Part shown: one piece after another, positions 23,461 through 35,024 of the stretch
How positions within the stretch are numbered: the stretch's first letter is position 1
Layout of the letters: each line of letters opens with the position of its first letter
Source: Octopus sinensis
Taxonomy: Eukaryota
Reading direction: 5' to 3'
Length of the DNA: 47,277 nucleotides
Assembly: GCF_006345805.1 (NCBI RefSeq)
Contig: NW_021834561.1
Location: 1 to 47,277 of the forward strand
Program-made: the position numbers and the translations under genes
Notes under the pieces: model-generated
The model's input: only the letters and a program-made list of their open reading frames with translations
Databases searched by the model: none
What the model was told of the DNA's origin: nothing

Positions 23461-24196
23461 TATACACCACATATACATATATACAGATATAGGCACAGGC
23501 ATGGGTGTGTGATAAGAAGTTTTCTCCCCAACCACATAGTCCTAGGTTCAGTCCTACAGTGTTACGCCTTGGGCAAGTGCCCTGTTCTGTAGACCTGGAC
23601 ATAGAAACTAAGAAGCCCGTCGTATGTATATATATATATACACACACACACACACATAAACATATATACAAACAAGCACACACATACCATCTATAGAAAG
23701 AGTTACAATTGTAGCTGTGTCTTAGGAACTACAGAGAGGTGATCGTAAACATGTTTCCACATGTACTTACCCATTATGAATTCATTTCATTTATGTTGTT
23801 GTCATTACTTACATTCACAATGTATTTCCTATACTGCTATGAAACACATGTAATATGGAATTAAAAATAGACTAAACTTTCCAGCTTTTTTTTTAATACT
23901 TACATGATATCTGACCACTTGTGGCTGAGTAAGTTGACCACTGACCATTAAGAACACTATGCCCTCAACTAAAATTGTGTTTTACGTTTGTGCTTCTATG
24001 TGATCAATGAGTTTAGCCTTTATGCACAAATGTAGATACTGCAAACCAAACTGTCCCCCCCCCCCCCATTTATTTACACTGACTGCGTTTTTGAGCAACT
24101 CTGAAATGCTTTACCAGTGTAGTCAATAGACGAAGTTTTGCTTACCCAACAAGAGATTGATAGAATAATATATATATATATATATATATGTTGTAA

Positions 24197-24529
24197 AAGC
24201 GCATGGGTCAGTGGTTAGAGCATCGAGCTTACGATCATGAGGTTGTGAGCTCGATTCCTGGACCGGGCTGCATGTTGTGTTCTTGAGCAAGACACTCTTT
24301 CACGTTGCTCCAGTTAACTCAGCTGTAGAAATGAGTTGCGACATCACTGGTGCCAAGCTGTTTTGGCCCCTTTGCCTTTCCCTTGGATAACACTGGTGGT
24401 GTGGAGAGAAGAGGCCGGTATGCATGGGTGACTGCTGGTCTTCCATAAACAACCTTGCTCAGACTTGTATCGTAGAGGGGAATTTTCTCGGTGCAATCCC
24501 ATGGTCATTCATGACCGAATGGGGTTTCC

Positions 24530-24530
<1 letters not shown>
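24197..24530 (+). mobile_element. tRNA-derived SINE (family D relative)
   Basis: TGGGTCAGTGG A-box, GAGCTCGATTCC B-box, GTGTTCTTGAGCAAGACACT. Confidence 0.8.
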
Positions 24531-24559
<29 letters not shown>

Positions 24560-24562
<3 letters not shown>

Positions 24563-24863
24563 CACGTGACTGACCAGGCTATCAGATGTTGCTACACATT
24601 GCTGGTCATAATGCGCTTCACATTGTTTTAGCCTTCAAATGACGCCACCCTGCTGGCGAAGCGAGCAGGCCAACAGAAGAAAGAGTGAGAGAAAGTTGTG
24701 GCAAAAGAGTACAGCATGGATCGCCACCAGCCCCTGCCGGAGCCCTGTGGAATTTTTAGGTGTTTTCGCTCAATAAAAACTCACAATGCCCAGTCTGGGA
24801 ATCGAAACCACGATCCTATGACCGCGAGTCCACTGCCCTAAACACTGGGCCATTGCGCCTCCA
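24560..24863 (-). mobile_element. tRNA-derived SINE (family E)
   Basis: Minus-strand head GGAGGCGCAATGGCCCAGTG...GGTTTCGATTCCC with A and B boxes, inserted between TA tracts. Confidence 0.8.
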
Positions 24864-25167
24864 TATATATACATATATAGATATACGCATATACATATAT
24901 ACAGATATAGGCACAGGCATGGGTGTGTGATAAGAAGTTTTCTCCCCAACCACATAGTTCTAGGTTCAGTTCTACAGTGTTACACCTTGGGCAAGTGTCT
25001 TGTTCTGTGGCCCTGGACGTAGAAACTAAGAAGCCTGTCGTATGTGTATGTGTGCATGTTTGTGCTCCACCTCTGCTTGACAGCCACTGTTGGTTTGTTT
25101 CTGTCCCTGTAACTCAGTGGTTTGGTACAAGAAATCAATAGAACAAGTATCTGGCTTAAAAGATATA

Positions 25168-25570
25168 CTCTTTACTCTTTTACTTATTTCAGCCATTTGA
25201 TGTGGCCATGCTGGAGCACTGCCTTTTAGTTGAGCAAATCGACTCCCAGGACTTATTCTTTGTAAGCCTAGTACTTATTCTATCGGTCTCTTTTGCCAAA
25301 CCGCTAAGTTACGGTGACGTAAACACACCAGCATCGTTTGTCAAGCGATGTTGGGGGGACAAACACTGACACACAAACATACACACACACACATATATAC
25401 ATATATACGACGGGCTTCTTTCAGTTTCCGTCTACCAAATCCAGTCACAAGGCATTGGTCGGCCCGAGGTTATAGTAGAAGACACTTGCCCAAGGTGTCA
25501 CAGAGTGGGACTGAACCCGAAACCATGTGGCGGGTAAGCAAGCTACTTACCACACAGCCACTCCTATGCC
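25168..25570 (-). mobile_element. SINE family B, near full length
   Basis: Reverse complement of 15187-15628, with a (CTCTTTTA)n tail at the left. Confidence 0.9.
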
Positions 25571-25599
25571 TATATATATATATATTTTTATATACAATT

Positions 25600-25740
25600 G
25601 AGTGGATAAATGAAAAGAAATGGTACTCAACACATGTAGAAGTTGAATATATTATTATTTGAAAGAATTTGATTTAGTCCCATGTGACTTAGAGTTTCAC
25701 TGGCTTCTAAGAGAACCCCAGCTTGTTCAGGTTTAGATTA
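25600..25740 (-). mobile_element. Penelope-like terminal fragment with degenerate hammerhead
   Basis: Minus strand CTGAACA...GAAA-CTCTAAG-TC; the downstream tail resembles 11495-11580. Confidence 0.5.
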
Positions 25741-26033
25741 CTGAATAGAGGAATACATGAAGTCCAAGATGGCTTCTGGAAATTAGGCTGCTATTGGTCA
25801 AGGCAGGTCATATGATGTTAGAGGTAAGATTGGTAATTCAGTGACACTAGATGCATTAGAAAGTAGAATTTCTTGGACTATGTGGCTGGACAGGAAGCTG
25901 GTGGTGTCTTGCTGTCTGGGAAGCTGACAGAAGCAAGGCCGGTGTGTGTGTGTGTGTGTGTGTGTGAGCGGATGTGTGAATTTGTGTGCGTTAGTGCCAG
26001 CTATATACGTGTGCATGCACAAACTTGTTTCCC

Positions 26034-26251
26034 TTAACCCTTTCGTTACTGTATTTCTGTTGAGATGCTCTGTGTTTCTTTCAATTACTTTAAATATAAC
26101 AAAGAATTTAGTAAAATAACTTAGTTATCATTCAGCTAGTGTTAGGAACATAAATTGCGACTAAGGTTTGGTGGAGGATTTTAATTCAAAACTTATGCAA
26201 ACAAGACATTTGTACTCAGAGCCAGAGCTGGGTTGGTAACAAAAGGGTTAA
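26034..26251. mobile_element. piggyBac-type MITE (family 2)
   Basis: TTAA|CCCTTTCGTTAC ... GTAACAAAAGGG|TTAA; an inverted relative lies at 44591-44802. Confidence 0.85.
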
Positions 26252-26407
26252 CACAGAGAAAGTGCCATGATCTGTTACTATCTATTTCTCTCTTTCTGTG
26301 TATATTTCTCATGTATTTCTCTTCGCTCAGCAATTTCTTGTTATTTCTAAGTTCTCATATCATAAGAAACACACAGACAACTTTGGTATTCTTTCATTAT
26401 TGTGTAG

Positions 26408-27710
26408 GATGGTGAACTGGCAGAACTGTTAGCACATTGCACAAAATTGCTTAGCAACATTTTGTCTGTTTTCACATTCAGAGTTCAAATATCACTGAGG
26501 TTGACTTTGACTTTCATCTTTTCAGGGGTTTATGAAATAAGTAGCAGTTGAACACTGGTGTTGATGTAAGTGACTAGGTCCTTCTCCCAAATTTCAGATC
26601 TTGTACCTATAGTAGAAAGAATTATTATTATGTTTTAGCTTCAGTGCCGGTGGCACGTAAAAAACACCAACCGATTGTGGTCACTGCCAGCCTCCCCTGG
26701 CACCTGTGCCAGTGGCATGTAAAAAGCACCCACTACACTCACGTAGTGGTTGGCGTTAGGAAGGGTATTCAGCTGTAGAAACACTGCCAGATCTGACTGG
26801 AGCCTGGTGCAACCTCCTGGCTTCCCAGACCCCAGTTGAACCGTCCAACCCGTGCAAGCACGGAAAACGGACATTAAACGATGATGATGAGAGCTGGCAG
26901 AATCATTAACATACTAGCAAAATATTTAGCAGCATTTCATTAATCTTTCTGAGTTCAAAACTGAAAGAAGCCTATCGTATATATGTATGTGTGTGTGTGT
27001 TTGTCTCCCCCTCAACATTGCTTTTTCATTGTTCTAAAACCCTTTGTATCATCCTGTTTTGTCATTTCATGTTGCTTTTATGGCCAATAAAAGAAATTAT
27101 TATTATTATTATTAAGATGGTGAGCTGGCAGAATCATTAACACGTTGGGTAAAATGCTAAGTAGCATTTCGTCCTTCTTTACACACTGAACTGAAGTTCC
27201 ACCAAAGTTTTAATACATGTGCTTATACTAAAAAAGACTGGCAGAGTCGTTAGCACGCTGGATGAAATGCTAATTGGTATTTTGCCCATTGCTACATTCT
27301 GAGTTCAAATTCCACCAAGGTTGACTCTGCCTTTCATCATTTTGGGATCAATAAATTAAGTACCAGTGAAACACTGGGGTCCATGTTATCAACTAGCCCT
27401 CTCCCCTAAAATTTCAGGCCTTGTACCTTTAGTAGAAAGGATTATTATTATCATTAAGATAGCGAGCCAAAAGAAGTCAGAAAATGTTTAGCAGCATTTT
27501 ATTCGTCTTTCCATTCTGAATTCAAATTTTACTGAAATGAATTTTGCCTTTTGTCCTTTCGCATCAGTCCAACCTCTCTACAGTCCAGATCTTTCCCCTG
27601 TGACTTTTGGTTGTACCACAAGCTGAAGGGAACCTCAGGGCATCAAAACTTCCCAAGCACTCTCCTTAGAATTGCTGGCCTTGTGTCAAAATTAGAATGG
27701 ATCATTATTA
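26408..27710 (+). mobile_element. Cluster of SINE family A copies plus one family C 3' end (26642-26890)
   Basis: Repeated GAGCTGGCAGAA heads and (ATT)n tails. Confidence 0.8.
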
Positions 27711-28247
27711 TTTATACAGAACATGCTTCTTCCCCCACCTGTTAATTTTTAAATCTTTACTGCACACAAGCACTCTAATTAAAATCGTGGTTTTCTTAAG
27801 TGTTTATGGATTACATTTCTATGTAGTCAATACATGCAGGATAATTCTCAGATATCTCTTACATCTTCTATAGGATATTAATAGATAAATTAACCTAGTT
27901 CTCATCTTTATTGCTGCTTCATCTTCTCTCCATCCTTCCTGCTTTTTTTTTCATTCTTCAGTGATGAATTTGCTATTCTCTGCTCCATTTAGACTCATTT
28001 TTTAACACACACACACACTTTATGCTTTACTTGTTTCAGCCATTAGTGCCAACCATGCTGGGGCACTACCTTGAAGGGTTTAATTGTGAAATTGAACCCC
28101 ATCACTTATTTTTAAGCTCAGCTCTTCTGTTTGATTCTCTTTGCCAAAACTGCTACGTTAAAAGGATGTAAACAAACCAACATTGGTTGATAAGCAATGG
28201 TGGGGAACAAACATAAAGACATACACACATACACACAGATATAAATA

Positions 28248-28926
28248 CAAGGGGCATTCCAGAAGTTTTGAAACGTTTTTAGATGTAGTTATAAGATTCT
28301 GAGATTATTTTAATTTTAGCATATCATTACTATGCATCTAATAAGCTGAGCTGAAAACTTTTGCTTTTCCATTTTGAAGGATATGACTGTAACAGCACTT
28401 TGAACACAACCTACTAAACACTGTTTGCCACAATTTTATCCTGGTAACATACAATTCAAAAGAGATGGGCATCAGAACTTCCCCACCTTTCTACAGTCCA
28501 AACCTTTTTCCTGTGACATTTGGTTGTACCACAAGGTGAATGCGAACCTCAGGGCATCAAAGCTTCCCACCTTCTCTACAGTACAGGTCTTTCCCCTGTG
28601 ACTTTTGGTTGTATCACAAGCTAAAGGGGATTCTCAGGGCATCAAAACTTCCCAACCTCTCTTCAGTCCAGATCTTTCTCCTGTGACTTTTGGTTGTATC
28701 ACAAGCTGAAGGGGAACTTCAGGAGCAGTTGTTTCGAAAACATTGGGAAGATGGAAGCTTTGACAAGAGTCCTGGATACCTTCAGTCTGGAGGACTTTCA
28801 TATGATAAGGCCTTCACAAAGTGGTTGGGGTGCTACATGTGCATTGAAGTCAGAAGTTTTGTACTTCCTTGTAATTAATAAAATGTCTCTTCTGAGAAAG
28901 TCTAAAAGCTTCTGGAATGAAAGTTG
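28248..28926 (+). mobile_element. Internally deleted mariner (DD34D-type) relic
   Basis: TA|CAAGGGGCATTCCAGAAGTTTT ... AAAAGCTTCTGGAATGAAAGTTG|TA imperfect TIRs. The internal YSP(N/D)L.PCDFWL(Y)HKLK motif resembles mariner YSPDLAPxD. Confidence 0.75.
28467..28721 (+). repeat. 3 x 85-bp tandem repeat inside the mariner relic
   Basis: Units start GGGCATCA at 28467, 28552 and 28637. Confidence 0.9.
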
Positions 28927-28929
28927 TAT

Positions 28930-29347
28930 ATGACAACCTTCTTTTAGCTTCTGTCCCTTAAATCCATTCACAAGACTTTAGTTGACCTGGGGCTATAGTA
29001 GAAAACACTTGACCAAGGGACCATGTGGTTGGGAAGTAAGTTTCTTATCACACTGTCAGGCTGGTGCCTGTGTGTGTGTGTGGGTGTTCTTTTACTTGTT
29101 TCAGTCATTTGACTGCAGCCATGCTGGAGCACTGCCTTGTAGGATCTTAGTCAAACAAGTCAACCAAAGGGATTTTACTTTAAGCCTAGTACTTATTCTA
29201 TCATTCTCTATTGCTGAACCGCTAAGTTACGGTGATGTAAACACACCAATACTGGTAGTTAAGCAGTGATGGGGGGGGATCAAAAATACAAAGACACACA
29301 TATGTACATACACACACATATATATAATATATAATATATATAATATA

Positions 29348-29385
<38 letters not shown>

Positions 29386-29770
29386 TAATATATATATATA
29401 TGACAGGCTTTTTTCAGTTTCCATTTATGTAATCCATCCATAAGGCTTTGGTTGGTCCAGGGCTATAGTAGAAGGCACTTGTTCTAAGTACCACCGCAGT
29501 GGGACTGAACCTTAGACCATGTGATTGGGAAGCAAGCTTCTTACCACACAGCCATGCCTGTGCCTATATATATATATGTGTGTGTGTGTGTGTGCACACA
29601 CATGCATGACAATATTGCGGGGGTGGGTTTCTGCCTACCAAATCTATTCACGGAGTATTCATTATAAGTTGACACTTACCCTAGATGCAACACACAGTGG
29701 GACTGAACCTGGAACCATGTGGTTGGAAAGAAAACATTTTTTCTGCATGGTCACACCTGCACCTTTGCCA
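28930..29770 (-). mobile_element. Degraded SINE family B copies
   Basis: CCATGCTGGAGCAC, AAGCCTAGTACTTATTC and GGGACTGAACC motifs. Confidence 0.75.
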
Positions 29771-30000
29771 CGCCTGTTTATGGATTACATTCCTATGTAG
29801 AGGATACTTTCAGGATAATTCTCAGATATCTGTTACATCTTCTATAGGATATTTATAGATAAATTAACCTAGTTTTCATCTTTGTTGCTACTTCGTCTTC
29901 TCTCTCCATCCGATCTTGCCTGTTTTTCTCTTCAGTGATGAATCTGCCGTTCTCTGCTGTATTTAGACTCATTGTTTAATATGTGCGGGCGCACACACAA

Positions 30001-30032
<32 letters not shown>

Positions 30033-30593
30033 GCACATGAACACACACACACACACACAAGCACATGAACACACACACTCTCTCATACACACATACACTC
30101 ATACATACCCCTCCCCCCACACACACATTTTGAAGCAGCAGTGCACACATGCCACAGTTTTCGCAGTGATTCTATTTTTAGGTTTCTGATATTTCTGTGC
30201 AAATATATGCACATGTGTGTGTGTGTGTGTGTGTGTGCACATTTGTGCATGCATATATCTCTTATAGTTTACTTGTTTCATTCATTGAATCATGGCTTTG
30301 CTGGGGCATTGCCTTGAAGAATTTCAGTTCAATGAATCCACCCGAGTACTTGTTTTTTTTTATTTTTCATTTTTCGTCTTATATCTCTTACTTGTTTAAT
30401 TCATGGAACTCTGGCCATGCTGTAGTACTGCCTTGAATTTTAACTGAACAAATTGACCCCTGTGCTTATTATTATAAAGTCTAGCATTTGTGCAATTAAT
30501 CTCTTATTCCATTAATCACTTTTTGCACGTAAGTTACGGGGTGTAAACAAACCAATACTGATGGTCAAGTGGTAATGGCAAACACACATTACA

Positions 30594-30795
30594 GTGGCGA
30601 GCTGGCAGAAACATTAGTACATATTTTGTCTGCTGCCACGTTCTGAGTTCAAATTCCGCCGAGGTTGACTTTGTTTTTCATCCTTTCGGGGTCAATTAAA
30701 TAAGTACCAGTTACACACTGGAGTCAATATAATCGGCTTAATCCCTTTGTTTGTCCCCTCTATGTTTAGCCCCTTGTGGGCAATAAAGAAATAAA
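30594..30795 (+). mobile_element. SINE family A copy (CAATAAAGAAATA-ending subfamily)
   Basis: GGCGAGCTGGCAGAAAC...GAGTTCAAATTCCGCCGAGGTTGAC...; flanked by repeated AATGGCAAACACACA. Confidence 0.85.
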
Positions 30796-31247
30796 TGGCA
30801 AACACACACACATAATCACATACAATTTATGTGTGTATATGTGCATGTATTTTATATATGTATTCATATATTAATTTTTTTTATATATGATGCCAAGAGC
30901 AATTATCCGTCCACATCTATCCAACCCATGCTAGCATGGAAAACTGACATTAAACGATGATGATGATGATGTTCACATATTAATTTCTTTTTTTATACCT
31001 GTGTAATTATAAAATGTTAAAATATTAAACATTTGAAAGAAATGAATTTTTATCTAAAATCATAAACTTATATAAAAGGTGCATGTGTGGGTGTATGATA
31101 AGAAGCATGTTTACCAATCATATGGTTGTGGGTTCAGTCCCACTACATGGTACGTGTCTCTGACTATAGTCTTAAGATGACAAAAGCCTTGTGAGTGGAT
31201 CTATTTATATACACTTTTGTGTAGGTGTGTCTGTGTGAATGCATATA

Positions 31248-32160
31248 TCATCATCATCATCATCATCATCGTTTAACGTCCGTTTTCCGCGCTAGCACGG
31301 GTTGGACGGTTCGACTGGGGTCTGGGGAGCCAGGGGCTGCCCCAGGCTCCAGTCTGATCTGGCAGTGTTTCTACAGCTGGATGCCCTTCCTAACGCCAAC
31401 CACTCCGCGAGTGTAGTGGGTGCTTTTTACGTGCCACCTGTACAGGTGCCAGAGGGGTCTGGCATCGGCCACGATAGGTTGGTGCTTTTTTTATGTGCCA
31501 CCGGCACAGAAGCCAGTCAAGGCGGTGCTGGCATCGGCCATGTTCGGATGGTGCTTTTTATGTGCCACCGGCACAGAAGCCATTCGAGGCAGGGTTGGCA
31601 TCGGTCACGTTCGGATGGTGCTTTTTATGTGCCACCGGCACAGAAGCCAGTGGAGGCTGCACTGGCAACGGCCACGTTCGGATGGTGCTTTTTATGTGTC
31701 ACCAGCACAGGTATCACAACTACTGTTTCCATTGATATTTGGTTCGATGTTCATGTACATGCACTTGACTCAACAGGTCTCCTCAAGCACAGCAAGATGT
31801 TCCGGGATCCACGATCGGTTGGTGCTTTTTATGTGCCACCGACAGAAGCCAGTCGAGGTGGTGCTGGCGTCGGCCACGCTTGGATGGTGCTTTTTATGTG
31901 CCACCGGCACAGAAGCCAGTTGGGGCAGTGCTGGCATCAGCCATGTTCGGATGGTGCTTTTTATTTTTTTATTTATTATTTTTTTTTTATGTGCCATCGG
32001 CACAGAAGCCATTCGAGGCGGGGTTGGCATCGGTCACGTTCGGATGGTGCTTTTTATGTGCCACCGGCACAGAAGCCAGTGGAGGCTGCACTGGCAACGG
32101 CCATGCTCGGATGGTGCTTTTTATGTGCCACCGGCACAGAAGCCAGTCAGGGCAGTACTG
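31248..32160 (-). mobile_element. RTE-type 3' UTR (family C) with ~10 hairpin units of ~67 bp
   Basis: Repeated GGATGGTGCTTTTTATGTGCCACCGGCACAGAAGCCA with period 67-69 bp (31482, 31551, 31618, 31686...). Confidence 0.9.
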
Positions 32161-32184
32161 ATATATGTATATATATATATATAT

Positions 32185-32281
32185 AGGGAGAGTTGTTTAC
32201 GAAAAAGACGAAGACAGGTGGTGTACAAAACAAACAGATGTATTAGTATAATGCTCAGGAATAGAAAAAGTCTTTTACGTT
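32185..32281 (-). mobile_element. Penelope-like terminal fragment, same family as 5370-5550
   Basis: Reverse complement of about 5466-5545, truncated within GAAACGTA; (TA)n on both sides. Confidence 0.6.
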
Positions 32282-32819
32282 TATTTATATATATATATAT
32301 TATATATATATATATATATTGTGTATGTGTGTATGTGCAGTTGAACTTATATATAATATATATAATCTGTGTGAATTTGGTTTATCCCCACCACCACCAC
32401 CTGACTGCCAATGATGGTTTGTTTATGTCCCTTAACTTAGCAGTTTGGTAAAAATAGACTAATAGAACAAATAACAGGCTTTGGAAAAAAACCAAAAAAA
32501 AACCAAATACCAGGGTAAACAATAAAAGATATGGGATTAATTCTATTAGTCTTAGAAAGTACTGAGTGACAGTTTATATTGTCAGCAGGGAATGTAAACA
32601 TTGTGTCATCCATTGAGATTGGTTGTGATGAGTCTAATTGCAATTTGTCATTTTCCTATATTGATAGATCCCTGTGCATGTGCGCACACACACACATGCA
32701 TACACGCATACACACACATACTTTGTGGTTGCCCCATGATTGCTACTACCTTGTGCTTCCTTGTCAAATCATTTTTTGAGTTTCCACCCATGACCTTTCA
32801 AATGACTATTCAGTCCCAT

Positions 32820-33780
32820 TGCAGATCTGCATATTTTGAAGCATAGGTGACAGACTCAAAGTTGTAATTTACTATATGCATTTCCAACTGATTAGGTCCA
32901 TTGCTTGTAGCACTTTGAAAAATCATTGACAGACAACCAAAAAATAGGCTGTACAGGACCAAAACTGATGACATCCATCATATTTCCAACTGTGAGAGCA
33001 TGTCTTCCAGATATTATCTTTCCAGGAGGCGTGATCATTACCAGCATTGCCTTACTGGCACCTGTGCCGGTGGCACGTGTAAAAAGATTCGAGTGAGGTC
33101 ATTGCCAGTACCGCCTGACTGGCCCCCATGCAGGTGGCACGTAAAAAGCACCCACTACACTTTCAGAGTGGTTGGCGTTAGGAAGGGCATCCAGCTGTAG
33201 AAACTCTGCCAGATCAAGACCGGAGCCTGGTGCAGCCATCTGGTTGCCAGCCCTCAGTCAAAATTGTCCAACCCATGCTAGCATGGAAAACGGACGTTAA
33301 ATGATGATGATGATGAGGCATGATGTAGTGGCCAGAACAGTCTGAAACAGGATAATAAAAAAAAACACCAACTGGCAAAGTTTGCTATATTGAGATTGAT
33401 GAGTCAAAAGAATAGTGTTGGAGCTTAGAATTTAAGATAGCCTCCAAGTTAAAATATAGCCAGCCATAAGAGATTATTGTTTGGGACCATAAGAAAAAGA
33501 TATGCTTTGCTATGGAAATCAGCTGATCTCTGAACACTGATGTGATTAGAAAAATACAAGAGAAAGAAGACATCAATGGACCATTAATAAGAAGAAAAAG
33601 AAGTTTGCAAATCCTGTACCCAAGATACACTTTTAACTTCATGCCTATTATTGGAGCAATATGTTATGTATCAACCTGTCTGGAGCAAAGTATGGTTGAA
33701 CTTGGGTTCTTGGGGACTGAATGCAACTCCTTTATTCATTTGCTGGTGTCTGAGACCATAAAAATTTGCAAGACCTTAAG
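32820..33780 (+). mobile_element. Degraded RLE-bearing non-LTR retrotransposon (R4/Dong- or NeSL-like) C-terminus
   Basis: Zn-knuckle remnant RLY..DDIHHI..SNC..MSSRYYL, then RHDVVARTV, then QP..IIVWDHKKKICFAMEIS...EKEDINGPL...PIIGA, the layout of a PD-(D/E)xK restriction-like endonuclease. Confidence 0.7.
33036..33314 (+). mobile_element. Family C 3' end inserted in the RLE element with TSD
   Basis: TSD GAGGC(G/A)TGAT at 33026-33035 and 33315-33324. Confidence 0.85.
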
Positions 33781-33782
33781 AC

Positions 33783-33987
33783 TTAACCATTTAGCATCTA
33801 AACCTGCTATATCTGGCCCAAATATTCAACCTGTATTAAGTTCAAAACCAGCCAGATCCTGTCTCTCACACCTCTCCTACAATGTTATTCTAGAAATATA
33901 CAACCACATCATTGAAATATTGAAGCTATGAGATGATGCATGATTAATTCAAAACAATGTGAATAAATCTGAATGCTAAATGGTTAA
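33783..33987. mobile_element. piggyBac-type MITE (family 1, inverted)
   Basis: TTAA|CCATTTAGCAT ... ATGCTAAATGG|TTAA. Confidence 0.8.
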
Positions 33988-34084
33988 AGAATGATGAACA
34001 ACAGAAGATACCTTCCTTCACATCATTCCTACCAAGCAGGTGGCTGGTCAAAATTTATTCTGAATTAAAAAGAGGAGAATGTGT

Positions 34085-34117
34085 AGGTGTGTGTGTCTGT
34101 CTATCTATCTGTCTATC

Positions 34118-34182
<65 letters not shown>

Positions 34183-34255
34183 TTGTCTGTCTGTCTATTT
34201 ATCTATCTATATATTTATCTATCTATATATTTATCTATCTATCCATTTATCTATA

Positions 34256-34314
<59 letters not shown>

Positions 34315-34410
34315 TTATCTATCTATCTATCCATCTATATATTTATCTATCTCTCTGTCTATCTATCTTTCTCTGTCTATCCGTCTATCTATCTGTCTGT
34401 CATCTATATA
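34085..34410. repeat. (TCTG)n/(TCTA)n microsatellite
   Basis: Seen directly. Confidence 0.95.
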
Positions 34411-34776
34411 CACCCACACATATATACGAATACATGCATACATTCATACATATCTACGTACATGTATATGTATGCACAAACATCTACACACACTGTAAAT
34501 GTGTGTGTGTATATAAACACCATATACATATGCATATATTAATATACATACATATCTCCTTACACACACACACACATATGCATGCATACTCTCCCTGCTA
34601 CTCTTTATATGTATATTTTACAAGTCTGGTACTTATTCCGTTGGTTGCTTTTGTTGAACTCTTAAGGGACAGGGACATAAACAAACCAACACCAGTTGAC
34701 AAGCATTGGTGAGGGACAAATATAGAGATATACGTTAGATTTACTGTCTGCTTTGGCATGGGTTCAACAGTTGGAT

Positions 34777-35024
34777 GCCCTTCCTAGCACTTGTGAGGTC
34801 GCCAAGTAACTACAAGACAAAACCCCACGACTAAGTGGGGTTAGAACTGAGAGATGATAAAAAATGGGATAAGAAACAAAGGCAGGGAGACAGGAGCAGA
34901 GGCCCTTCCTAGCACTTGTGAGGTTGCCAAGTACCTACAAGACAAAACCCCACAACTAAGTGGGGTTAGAACTGAGGGATGATAAAAAACGGGATAAGAA
35001 ACGAAGGCAGGGAGACAGGAGCAG
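34777..35024 (+). repeat. 2 x 125-bp tandem duplication
   Basis: GCCCTTCCTAGCACTTGTGAGG starts at 34777 and 34902; the units are nearly identical. Confidence 0.9.

Noticed and set aside
24790-24863. tRNA gene-like sequences (also 6360, 15187, 24197)
   Set aside because: They have A/B boxes but no complete cloverleaf and continue into SINE bodies, so they are SINE heads.
27960-28000. Box C-like GTGATGA suggesting a snoRNA in the duplicated segment
   Set aside because: No box D (CTGA) or terminal stem at a suitable distance in either copy.
31420-32160. CRISPR-like repeat-spacer appearance (constant ~37-bp hairpin plus variable ~30 bp)
   Set aside because: The 'spacers' are homologous to each other and recur, the array sits in a retroelement tail, there are no cas genes, and the context is eukaryotic.
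31302-32451. Longest ORFs (294 and 343 aa, Cys/His-rich)
   Set aside because: They are translations of the stop-poor tandem units in shifting frames, and the same peptides occur at every family C copy.
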